Source: an uncultured Gemmataceae bacterium (GTDB taxonomy: Bacteria; Planctomycetota; Planctomycetia; Gemmatales; Gemmataceae). From it: 64,000 bases of DNA. The notes below the pieces were generated by a model. The model did not search any database. It saw nothing but the letters and a program-made list of their open reading frames with translations, and had not been told where the DNA came from. Where the stretch lies: assembly GCA_963750165.1 (NCBI GenBank), contig CAVVPN010000003.1, forward strand, positions 2,016,001 through 2,080,000, written 5' to 3'. Made by a program: the position numbers and the translations under genes. This document shows positions 47,673 to 57,200 of the stretch, piece after piece. The first letter of the stretch is position 1. Every line of letters starts with the position of its first letter.

Positions 47673-47930
47673 GTGAAGTTCTTGCATTGGCAGGTGGACG
47701 CGGTCGATGGCACCGTCGTCAGGGTCGAGCTGGACGCTCAGGCCAACGTGATGCTCATGGATGACAGCAACTTCTCGTCGTACCGCAGCGGCCGGCAGTA
47801 CCGCTACTTCGGTGGCCACGCCAAACGGTCGCCAGTCACGCTGGCCGCGCCGCACACCGGCCGCTGGCACGTCGTCGTTGACCTCGGCGGCTACGCTGGC
47901 CACGTCAACGCGAGCGTGTCGGTGCTGTAG
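47673..47930 (+). CDS. DUF1883-domain protein
   Basis: ANVMLMDDSNFSSYRSGRQYRYFGG.AKRSPV....P..GRWHVVVD. Confidence 0.85.
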   Translation: MKFLHWQVDAVDGTVVRVELDAQANVMLMDDSNFSSYRSGRQYRYFGGHAKRSPVTLAAPHTGRWHVVVDLGGYAGHVNASVSVL

Positions 47931-47950
47931 CCGCGAGTGCGAAACGACAA

Positions 47951-47978
47951 GGCCTCGGTCTCCCTAACGACCGAGGCC
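47951..47978. terminator. Hairpin between convergent ORFs
   Basis: GGCCTCGGTC-TCCCTAAC-GACCGAGGCC. Confidence 0.45.
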
Positions 47979-47985
47979 CGTGATG

Positions 47986-48108
47986 TCATTTCATCTCTTC
48001 GGTCTTCTGCGGCGGCTTCCGTCGCCGGTCGAGCAAGGCGAGGGCCAGGGTCGCCACTGCGGCGACTGCGCTTGCGATCGTCGCCATTCCAACTGCGAAT
48101 TCGAGCAT
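47986..48108 (-). CDS. 40-aa single-TM peptide
   Basis: GGAGAAGG RBS; MLEFAVGMATIASAVAAVATLALALLDRRRKPPQKTEEMK. Confidence 0.5.
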   Translation of the reverse strand: MLEFAVGMATIASAVAAVATLALALLDRRRKPPQKTEEMK

Positions 48109-48502
48109 GAGCCTTCTCCGAATGCCAGTTACCGGCATCCGGGGAGTCAAACGATTTTGAACTGAGTCAGATCGTTATAGGCTGGCACTCGGCGCTGGCG
48201 CGTGGCTCCGTCGCTGGCTTTGGCCCCTGACCTCCCGCGCGTGGGCGGATGAGGTGCTCGGCACTCGCACTGGACCCTGCCGATGGCTCTGGCTCTTGGC
48301 CGTGGTCGTGTCTGACGGACCCTCGCCGGCATGCCACCGTTCCGGGCGAGCTGCGCTCGCCCTTCCTCAATTATACTTCGGCGGACGGTGGTAATAATTT
48401 GAAATGGGACACGGTGCCAGCTCCTGAACCCCCGATCAGCGTGACGTGACTATTGAGTTTGACGTATTGCGCAAGAAATCGACCTCGAGCGAGGACCTAT
48501 AG

Positions 48503-49399
48503 ATGCTTCCTTTTGAAGACCAGGCGCGCGCGGACGTGGAAGCGGATCATCACAAGGAACTGGCCGAGAGCCGCGAGCTTCTCGGGCTCGCCTTGGACAT
48601 GATCGGCAGCGATGGCCAGGGCGGTCTCCGCATCCCCTCTGAGCCGGTGCCGGGGGTGACCGACAGGGCGAGGTCGTTGGCGCTCGGTCTCTTCGCAAAG
48701 GCGTGCAAACAGTTCCGCGGCATCATCATCCTCGCCGAGCGCGGCTTCGGGGACGAGGTGACCGTCCTGACGCGGTCCCTGTTCGAGACGACGCTCGCGA
48801 TGAACTTCATCATGAACGAGAACGTCGCGCTCAAGAGGGAGGGGAAACCCTTCGACCCAGACCCGTCGCGTCCGCTCGACACCGACTTCCGCACGCTCAT
48901 CTACGGCGCGCACTCCGCCTTCACGCAGGCCAAGCGGTACCGGCAGTGGGGCGAGCGACCGGAACTGCGCCCGAGCATCGGTCTGCGCGGCGCTCCGGAG
49001 GCTATCGCCGCCCAGACGGCCGCAGCCCGTGACGCGGTCGGCGAGAAGTGGTGGGAGGCTCTCAAGGGAGGACAGGCCGGTCTGTCGGTCAGAAACCTGG
49101 CCGACTCGCTCGGGGTACTCTCCTACTACCTCGTGGTCTACGGCGACCAGTCTGAAGTGGCGCACGCGGGCGATGGCCTGATGCACTTCGATCTCGAGGA
49201 CGACACCAACCACGGGGCGCTCGACCTCTGCCCGTCACCTGACGGGATCGGCGGCCTCCTGCATCTCGCGGGGCTTGTGTTCCTCGGCACACTCACGGGC
49301 ATCCACAACCGGCTAAAGTTCGGGGATGCGGTTGACAAGAAGCTCGACGGTTTCGCCGCACGCCTCGGCGTGCCGGCAGGCAATGAGGTTCGATCATGA
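48503..49399 (+). CDS. DUF5677-like (HEPN-related) protein
   Basis: LTRSLFE...SVRNLA...Y...Y...SEVAH pattern; GAGGA RBS. Confidence 0.6.
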   Translation: MLPFEDQARADVEADHHKELAESRELLGLALDMIGSDGQGGLRIPSEPVPGVTDRARSLALGLFAKACKQFRGIIILAERGFGDEVTVLTRSLFETTLAMNFIMNENVALKREGKPFDPDPSRPLDTDFRTLIYGAHSAFTQAKRYRQWGERPELRPSIGLRGAPEAIAAQTAAARDAVGEKWWEALKGGQAGLSVRNLADSLGVLSYYLVVYGDQSEVAHAGDGLMHFDLEDDTNHGALDLCPSPDGIGGLLHLAGLVFLGTLTGIHNRLKFGDAVDKKLDGFAARLGVPAGNEVRS

Positions 49400-50265
49400 A
49401 ATATAGGGAGTACAGCATCTTCTATTCGTGGCAGAGCGACGCCGACCCTGCCACGAACTGGGAGTTCATCCGTGGCGCGCTCGATGTAGCGGTCGAGGAG
49501 ATCAAGCAGCGCAAGGGCTTCGACATCCCGGTCGTCGATTCCGGAATGGAGCGAGTCGGCGGCACGCCCGAGGTGGCGACCGTCATGTTTGACAAGATCC
49601 GCGGCGCGGCCATCTTCGTCGGCGACGTCTCGCTCGTCGGGGAGATCAAGCCCCACGGTAACAAGTCGACTAAGAAGACGGCGAATCCGAACGTGCTCAT
49701 GGAGATGGCCTACGCCGGCGCGAAGCTGGGCTGGCAGCGGGTGATCTGCGTCATGAACCAGGCGTTCGGCCGGGCCGAGAAGCTGCCCGTCGACATCCGC
49801 AACCGACGCTGGCCGGTGCGTTACAGGATGCCGCCGGACGACAAGACGACAGCCGAGCAGGTGAGGGCGAAGCTGGCGGAGGACCTGAAGACCGCCATCG
49901 ATGCGATCATCTACGTGGACGACCAGGCGGTCGCCGACGCGGTCCGCCGGTTCGACTCCAACTGCATCAGCGTGGTCGCGGCCTCGCGGTTCCACCCGAG
50001 CTTCCACGCGCCGCGGGCCAACCAGGTGACGATCGGATCGCCAACCGGCATGGACACCCTGGCGCTGAACGCGGCCATCCCGAGGCTCCTTGACCTCGGC
50101 CTGATCCACTGCGACTTCGACAGCCGGCAGGAGCTCTTCGCCTACCATTGGACCTGGCTGGGGCGGATGTTGATCCGCCAGCACTGGCCCAACGACATCC
50201 CTGAGTGGATTCTGCAGATCGACCGCGAGTCGCCGGCCGCCGGGTACGAGCAGCGACCGCATTGA
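49396..50265 (+). CDS. TIR/deoxyribosyltransferase-like nucleotide-processing domain protein
   Basis: IFYSWQSD...GTPEVA...DKI..A.IFVGDVS...NPNVLME..YA...LP.DI; ATGA overlap with the upstream gene. Confidence 0.7.
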   Translation: MKYREYSIFYSWQSDADPATNWEFIRGALDVAVEEIKQRKGFDIPVVDSGMERVGGTPEVATVMFDKIRGAAIFVGDVSLVGEIKPHGNKSTKKTANPNVLMEMAYAGAKLGWQRVICVMNQAFGRAEKLPVDIRNRRWPVRYRMPPDDKTTAEQVRAKLAEDLKTAIDAIIYVDDQAVADAVRRFDSNCISVVAASRFHPSFHAPRANQVTIGSPTGMDTLALNAAIPRLLDLGLIHCDFDSRQELFAYHWTWLGRMLIRQHWPNDIPEWILQIDRESPAAGYEQRPH

Positions 50266-50352
50266 CTATTGGATGCGCCGATGCCGCCGGTGCCGGAAGG
50301 GTTATGGAAGGGAAATGCCTGCGCGGCGTGCAAAACGCGCATCAGGGACACC

Positions 50353-50546
50353 TGTCACGAGCGGTTTGGAACTGAGCCACTTTCGCGGAGCCACTTGAGC
50401 CACCCTCGGAGCCGCTGGGGCAGGGGCTGGTCGCCGTAAGTCCAAGTACGGGTTCCTCTTCTCTGTTGCCGGTAGCTGCCAATGGGGCCTGCGGGGTGGC
50501 TCACTTCTGGCCGCGAAAGTGGCTCACTTTCTGACCGCGATCGACA
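50353..50546. mobile_element. IS21-type MITE, copy 2 (194 bp)
   Basis: Homologous to 20145-20327; TGTCA...CGACA ends; 6-bp direct repeat GACACC (50347-50352, 50547-50552). Confidence 0.85.
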
Positions 50547-51024
50547 GACACCCCCACCGCCGGCCGCGACCCCAGAAAAGGCCCGGTTTTCACGCATGTT
50601 TTGCACGGCTTGCACCGGAGAAGCCGCTTCTGCATCGGCAAGCAATGAACCGAAACAGTTTCGGGGGTGAGCGCTTTGGTCTTCTCGACCTCCGCGCGCA
50701 AGCCGAAAGGACCAGCGCGAATCGGACCGAAACCCCTCGGGCGATGTGACCGAATGCAGCGCGCTCACTGTTCAGGCAGGCCAGCCTGTAGGCTATAGAA
50801 TGACTTCGCCGTCCACGAGGCCCTGAGCCAGGCCGGGCGAGCCGACGTGATCGACGACGGCTGCGACTGCCTAATCCCGTCACATCCGCATAAGGAGGCG
50901 ATCGAGGCCCCGCTGGCGGCAGGCCAACCGGGCGGTGAACGGGCCGACCAGTGTTCGTTCACCGCGACCCCAGGGCCCGGGAGGTCGGCACCACTGTGTC
51001 CAGGTGCGGCCCCCGAGGCGGACA

Positions 51025-52251
51025 TCAGACCCGGCCGCGCACCAGGTCGATGAGCCGGCCAAGGACGCGCTCCCCGTCGGCGCGTAGGCCGTTGTGCTCG
51101 TATTCATCGGTAACCCACGGCCGCAGGCCCCGGATCGCGACGGCCGTCTCCTCCGCGAAACGCCGCTCGACGTACAGGTCGTTGACGTAAATCGTCGCGG
51201 CAACAGGGACCTCGTTGCGGGCAAGCTGAGCGGCGTCGTACAGGCGCGGCCAGGGGTGCTCCGCCAGGATCTCGGCAGCGGCGCCGTGGGAGTGCAACCC
51301 GGAGAAGTCCTGCCACATCCAGCGGAACACGTGCTCGGCCGTGAAGTAGCGCTCCTGGGCGACCTCGTCGGGCATCGTCCGCTCGGCCGACCAGCGCGTG
51401 GGCACCCCGTCAGCGTACGACGACTCGTGGAGCGTGGCGTAGATCGGGTTCCTCCCGAACCGCGCCGCCTCGTCCACGTCGTGGAGAAATGCCCGCGAGC
51501 CGGGCGGCAGCTCGACGATGTGGTGGATCTGCTCGAAGCCGGCGCTGTCGCCGAGTTTGAAGCCGAGCTGGAGGAAGCGGCGCGCGGTGAGCCGGTCGCC
51601 GGACGGGAGCCGGACGTCCTCGTCATCGAGCCGGTGGAGGATTTCCCTGACCCGTTCGCGGTCCCCAGGGTAGCGCTGGAAGTAGGCTCTGTTCTTCTCG
51701 ATCGCGCGGGCCCACGTCGCGGCGTACACGTCATCGACGGGCCGGCCGACCGGCGAGAGGCCGCCGGTGATGAGCGCCTCGCGCAGGCCTTCCGGGGCAA
51801 ACGAGAGGTAGGTCATTGTGCAGAAACCGCCGAAGCTCTGGCCGAGGACGCTCCACCGATCGACGCCGAGTTCGTGCCGGATCAGTTCCGCGTCGCGGAT
51901 AATGCCATCGGCGCGCAGGTGAGTCATGTACGCAGCCTGCTCTTGCGGCGTTGAGCCAGGAATATCGCCAACCGGAGTCGAGCGACCGGTGCCGCGCTGG
52001 TCGATGAGCAGCACCCGGTAGTCGGCGATCGCCCGCTTCTGCCAGCCCGACGGGGGTGCGGTGGGTCGGGTCGCCTCAAAGCCTGGGCCCCCCTGAAGGA
52101 ACAGCAAATACGGTCGGTCGAGGCCATCGGGCGCAGCAAGTTCGCGAGTGAAAAGAGTGATCTTCTCGCCATCGGGCATCGAGTGGTCCAACGGGACCGA
52201 GTGGGCTCGCTCGGTGAGGACCGCGCCGGGAACGCGGTAGGTAACTGCCAT
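51025..52251 (-). CDS. pip: Proline iminopeptidase (alpha/beta hydrolase)
   Basis: LQGGPG, DQRGTGRS, GQSFGG, DLYV, EYEHNGLR. Confidence 0.9.
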   Translation of the reverse strand: MAVTYRVPGAVLTERAHSVPLDHSMPDGEKITLFTRELAAPDGLDRPYLLFLQGGPGFEATRPTAPPSGWQKRAIADYRVLLIDQRGTGRSTPVGDIPGSTPQEQAAYMTHLRADGIIRDAELIRHELGVDRWSVLGQSFGGFCTMTYLSFAPEGLREALITGGLSPVGRPVDDVYAATWARAIEKNRAYFQRYPGDRERVREILHRLDDEDVRLPSGDRLTARRFLQLGFKLGDSAGFEQIHHIVELPPGSRAFLHDVDEAARFGRNPIYATLHESSYADGVPTRWSAERTMPDEVAQERYFTAEHVFRWMWQDFSGLHSHGAAAEILAEHPWPRLYDAAQLARNEVPVAATIYVNDLYVERRFAEETAVAIRGLRPWVTDEYEHNGLRADGERVLGRLIDLVRGRV

Positions 52252-52431
52252 AAGCGGACTCTCCCCTCGCACTACACTTGCAATGTACGGGCTACGGTAC
52301 AACCGACCCTTAGGACAGGCGACCGTCTGACAATCTCCCCTTTGCGGTGATCAAGACGCAATCCGGGCTTGTTTGGCACCATCTTACAAAGTGGCCTACG
52401 CACTGCATCGACGGCGGCTTGCGTGCTTCGG

Positions 52432-52464
52432 TCCGACCCACATCCGACACACGTCCGACACACC
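52432..52464 (+). repeat. Three tandem 11-bp repeats
   Basis: TCCGACCCACA / TCCGACACACG / TCCGACACACC. Confidence 0.5.
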
Positions 52465-52543
52465 GCTGCGCTTTCGGGGCTGCCTTTCGCGCCTTTGGCC
52501 CTTGCAGCCTCATTGCCCAAAGGATGACGCGACCCGGCCTCAA

Positions 52544-52873
52544 TCACGAAGCACGTCCGCTACGGTGCCGGTCGTTCGGAGAGTCACCCAGAAGATCCGT
52601 GGTCAGAACCTCCTCGGCGGTTCCGCCACGTCGTGCGACCAAGAGTCGCAGCGCCTCGGCTACGAGTTCCTGTTTCCGGATCTTGTGCTCCCACATGCCG
52701 TGGACGTAGGCGTCGAGCCAGTCGTTCAGGCGCGTTGGCACGCGCAGCGTCACCGTTGTCGTCGGACTCGCCGCCAGTTCTTGCGCGAGGGCAATCCGTT
52801 TCTCCAGGACCCTGATTCTGCCTGAGTCCTTCCTTCGCGAACCTTGTTTGGCCGCCCCAGACGATCGCCTCAT
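52544..52873 (-). CDS. Ribbon-helix-helix-like protein
   Basis: TTVTLRVP..LNDWLD...KQELVAEAL; AGGAGG RBS. Confidence 0.6.
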   Translation of the reverse strand: MRRSSGAAKQGSRRKDSGRIRVLEKRIALAQELAASPTTTVTLRVPTRLNDWLDAYVHGMWEHKIRKQELVAEALRLLVARRGGTAEEVLTTDLLGDSPNDRHRSGRAS

Positions 52874-52960
52874 ACCCCTCCTTCTCCGCCGTCGCACGTT
52901 ATGACAGGTCATATTGTCCTATGACGGGCAACCGTGCAAGTCCGTGCGCGAAAAGACGCT

Positions 52961-52991
52961 GACCTCCGATAAGCTTCGATTATCGGAGGTC
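52961..52991. promoter_or_regulatory. Putative tyrosine-recombinase crossover site
   Basis: Perfect 12-bp arms GACCTCCGATAA / TTATCGGAGGTC with 7-bp asymmetric spacer, 128 bp upstream of the recombinase. Confidence 0.7.
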
Positions 52992-53118
52992 AGAAAAACC
53001 GCCGGGAAGGGCGCCTGTGAGCCCGTTTTTCCGGGCAAATTGCCGAATCGGACTCGCGCCGCGGCCACGATCGTGATAGCCTGCCCGGCAGACGTACTCA
53101 ATCATCCACGCTCGGGGC

Positions 53119-54114
53119 ATGGCAGCACGAAGAGCCGCAAACGGCCCAACACCACCCGCCGTCCGGCCCACCGGGGCGGACGCCTTGACGAGACTTGAGA
53201 ACGTCGGCGCTCGCGCCCGCGAATTTGTCCGCCAGGCCAAGGCCGCCAGCACACGGCGGGCTTATCGCGCAGACTGGGCGGATTTCATCGCCTGGTGCGC
53301 ACAGTACCACCTTGTGTCCCTGCCCGCGCGCCCAGACACGGTCGCCTACTACCTGGCTGACAGGTCCAAACGGCTCAAAGTGAGCACGCTCCAGCGCAGG
53401 CTCGCCACCATCGCGGAGGCGCACCGGGCGGCTGGGCACGAGTCTCCCAATCGCCACTCTCAGGTTCGGCTGGTCTGGCAGGGCATCCGGCGTGAAAAAG
53501 GCGTCGCCCAGGTCCACAAGAAGCCAGCATTGACCAGGCACGTCCGACTTATGGTTGGCAAGCTGCCCGACAGCTTGCTCGGCCACCGCGATCGCGCCCT
53601 ACTTCTCCTGGGCTTCGCTGGCGCGATGAGGCGGAGCGAACTCGTGGGCCTTGACGTCTCGGACCTCGCCCAGGCCGACGAGGGGCTTGTCATCACGATC
53701 CGCAAGAGCAAGACCGATCAGGTTCGCCAGGGACGGAAGCTCGGGATTCCGTTCGGGAGCAACCCAGAGACTTGTCCCGTGCGGGCGGTTCTCGGGTGGC
53801 TCGACTCTTCGGGCATCCAGGAAGGAGCGCTTTTCCGACCGGTGAACCGGCATGGGCAACTTTTGGAGAAGCGGTTGTCGGACCGAGCGGTCGCGGAGGT
53901 GGTACAGCGCAGTCTGAAGGCCGCCGGGAAGAGCGCCAGGGGTTACTCGGGGCATTCACTTCGCGCGGGCCTCGTTACCCAGGCAGCCATGAGCGGCGCC
54001 AGCGAGAGGTCGATTCAGGAGCAATCGGGGCATCGAAGCCTGGCTGTCATGCGGCGCTACATCCGGGATGGGTCTCTGTTCCGCGAGAATGCCGCCTCGA
54101 AAGTCGGCCTCTGA
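53119..54114 (+). CDS. Cre-like tyrosine recombinase / resolvase
   Basis: RDRALLLLGF.GAMRRSEL, SKTDQ, CPV, SGHSLRAG, QSGH, RY. Confidence 0.95.
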   Translation: MAARRAANGPTPPAVRPTGADALTRLENVGARAREFVRQAKAASTRRAYRADWADFIAWCAQYHLVSLPARPDTVAYYLADRSKRLKVSTLQRRLATIAEAHRAAGHESPNRHSQVRLVWQGIRREKGVAQVHKKPALTRHVRLMVGKLPDSLLGHRDRALLLLGFAGAMRRSELVGLDVSDLAQADEGLVITIRKSKTDQVRQGRKLGIPFGSNPETCPVRAVLGWLDSSGIQEGALFRPVNRHGQLLEKRLSDRAVAEVVQRSLKAAGKSARGYSGHSLRAGLVTQAAMSGASERSIQEQSGHRSLAVMRRYIRDGSLFRENAASKVGL

Positions 54115-54200
54115 GCACATCCATTCCGGCACCCTGCCTTATCTCAGATCCTTTCGGTTGCAATGAAAATAATGCAAAATCTGTGGCTAACCGGAGGAGT

Positions 54201-57200
54201 ATGACAGGGCTCGACGGCAAGGCATTACCCAACATCGACAAGGAGCAACGGGAGCCCGACCCCTTGGTCCCGGAATCCGCGTCGTTGCTCAGGGCCGAGT
54301 TCCTGGTTGAACTCGCGAAGGACGGCACCGATCTTCCAGTCCTCATCAGGGAACAACCAACGCCTTCGCGTACGCGGCAGCTCTTGTTCGAGTTCCCTCC
54401 GGAGTGGTGCGAGCCGCCCGCGCCAGAAGACCGCGTTCCCTCTCAGGTCCAAGGAGACCATCATGCTGTACAAGACGATCGTTCTCGAACTCCTCCAGCA
54501 GTGCCCCGAGATCCACGAGCGGCTCCGCTGTCGGCGGATGCTACAGCCGGCGCTGGAACGCCACGCGCAGGAGTTGAAGACCAGCCACGAGGTCTGGAAG
54601 GACCGCCTGTCTCAGGCGAAGCCGGGCAGCAACCCGAGCCAGATTGCGAGCGAGGCCCTGGAGATGGCCCTCCGGGAGCTGGAGGGCCGTTTGACCTCTG
54701 GTTTGCCTCCGCACGACAGCGAGCCGCTGTCCCTCGACGCGGCCATGGCGTTCGTCCGCGCTCGCACTCCGCCCGCGTAAAGGCGTCGGAGAAGCTGCCG
54801 ACGCTGTTTGATTTCCTTCCCGCCCAGCCGGCCGGCGACGAGCCCCAGCCACCGGGACCGGAGGAAACACCTCCACCGCCGGTCCCGGCAACGCCCTCGG
54901 TTGCCGAGGCCCCCAACCCGGCCGATGTGTCCGCCTGTCTTGAACGCCCCGCGCCCGCCGTACCGTTCACCAGCGCCAGCGGTGAAAAAGCCAAGGCCCG
55001 CGACATCCTCGCCGCCATCCGCACCGTCCAGACCATCGACCGCGAGCTGCGGCCCGCCACGCCCGAAGAGCGGCAGACGCTCGCAAGCTTCGCCGGCTTC
55101 GGCCCCGTCGCCCTGTCGATCTTTCCCGACCCCGGCACCGGCCACTACAAGGACGCCACCTGGCAGGCACTCGGCGAGGAGTTGAAGGCGCTGCTGTCGC
55201 CCGAGGAATACGCCAGCGCCCGGCGCGCTACCTTCAACGCCTTCTACACATCCCCGACCGTCATCGCGGCCATGCACGAGGCCCTCGACCGCCTGGGAGT
55301 TGCCGGGGACGCCACTCTCCTCGAACCGGGTTGTGGCGCCGGCCATTTCATGAGCCAGGGCCGGCCCGGGCTGCGCTACGTCGGCGTCGAGCTGGACCGC
55401 GTTTCCGGGCGCATCGCCCAACTGCTCCACCCCGATCAGGAGATCCGCATCGAGAACTTCCGCGACACGCGCCTGCCCGAGGGAACGATCGACGCCGTGA
55501 TCGGCAATCCGCCCTTCGCGGACGTCCGGCTCGACTTCCACGGCCTGCGCCTGGCCCTTCACGACTTCTTCCTCGCCAAGTCGCTGGACCTCTTGAAACA
55601 CGGCGGCGTCCTCGCTCTCGTCACCAGCCATTTCAGCCTCGACAAACAGAACGCCCGCCTGCGCGAGCACCTGGCCGAGCAGGCGGATTTCCTGGGGGCA
55701 ATTCGCCTGCCCTCCGACGCCTTCAAGCGCCAGGGCACAAGCGTCGTCACGGACATCGTGTTCTTTCGCAAGCGGGCCCCCGGCGAACCGGCCAACCACG
55801 CGGACCCGGCCTGGCTCGAGACCGAGCCCGTGGACATCGAAGGCGCCACCATCTCGATCAACCGCTACTTCCGGAAATTTCCGGAAATGGTGCTGGGCAA
55901 TTTCAGCCGCAAGGACCGCCTTTACGACGACGGCTACAGTCTCGCCGCGAACGGCGACCTGGCGGAGCAGCTTCGCGCCGCGATCCGCAACCTGCCCGAG
56001 GGCATCGCTTCAGCACCAACCGCGCGTGAGCAAGAGAGCGCCCCGTCGTTCACTCCCCCGCCGCGGCAGCCGCACGTCACGGAAGGCAGCTTCTTCGTCG
56101 GCGACGATCGCACTATCTGCCAGTGCCTGGACGGGCAGACCGTACCAGTCACTTACGGAGGGAAAACCCTGCACGCTGGCGGCGCGCTCACCGGCAAGCG
56201 CCTGGCCGCGCTGGTCGGCCTGCGCAACCGCGCCCGCCGCGTCCTGCAGTCGCAGAACGAAGGCTGGCCCGAGGCGGACCGCCACGACGCCCGCCGGGAA
56301 CTGAACTGGGCCTATGACCGATTCGTCGCTACCTACGGCCCGATCAACAAGACCACCTTCGGGAGAACCGCTGACGGCACCCTGATCCGCCGCATGCCCA
56401 ACCTGGTCAAGTTCCGCGAGGACCCCGACGCGATGCTGGTTCTCTCCCTGGAGGACTACGACGAGGTGACCGGCCAGGCCGCCAAGGCCGCCATAATGAC
56501 CAGGGACGTGGTCGGCAGGAGCCCACCCGTCACGTCGGTCCGCAGCGCCGAGGAAGGGTTGCTCGTCTCCCTCGACCAGCGCGGCACGGTCGATCTGCCG
56601 TTCATCGTCACGCTCTACGGCCAGCCCGAGGAGAAGATCGTGGCCGAACTGGGCGACCTGATCTTCCACGACACGGTGTCCCGGACCTGGCAGACAGCCG
56701 ACGCCTACCTCTCGGGCAACGTGAGGGCCAAGCTCGCCGCGGCCGAGCAGGCCGGCCCGGCTTACCTGCGCAACGCCGAGGCCCTGCGGGCCGTGCAGCC
56801 GGAAGACGTGCTGCCTGGCGACATCGACGCCAACCTCGGGGCGCCGTGGGTCCCCGAAAGCGACATTCAGGCGTTCGCCGCCGATCTCTTCCGTGTCGCG
56901 CCGTCTTCGATCCAGGTCGGGCACCTGCCGAAGGACGCGGTCTGGAGCCTGGACGCCGACTACGCCGCCCAGCAGTCCGTCGCCGCGACCTCCGAGTACG
57001 GCACGCCCCGCGCCAACGGCACCGGCCTCCTTGAAATGGCCCTGAACATGAAGACGCCGACGATCTACGACACGGTCACCCGCGGCGACCGCGAGGAGCG
57101 CGTGCTCAACCGGGAGGCCACGCTGGCCGCCCGCGAGAAGCAAAAGCAAATCAAGGAGCGCTTCCGCTCCTGGCTGTTCGCCGATCCCGAGCGCACGGAG

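Noticed and set aside
20145..50546. Composite transposon bounded by the two MITEs
   Set aside because: Each copy has its own distinct 6-bp target duplication, indicating independent insertions.
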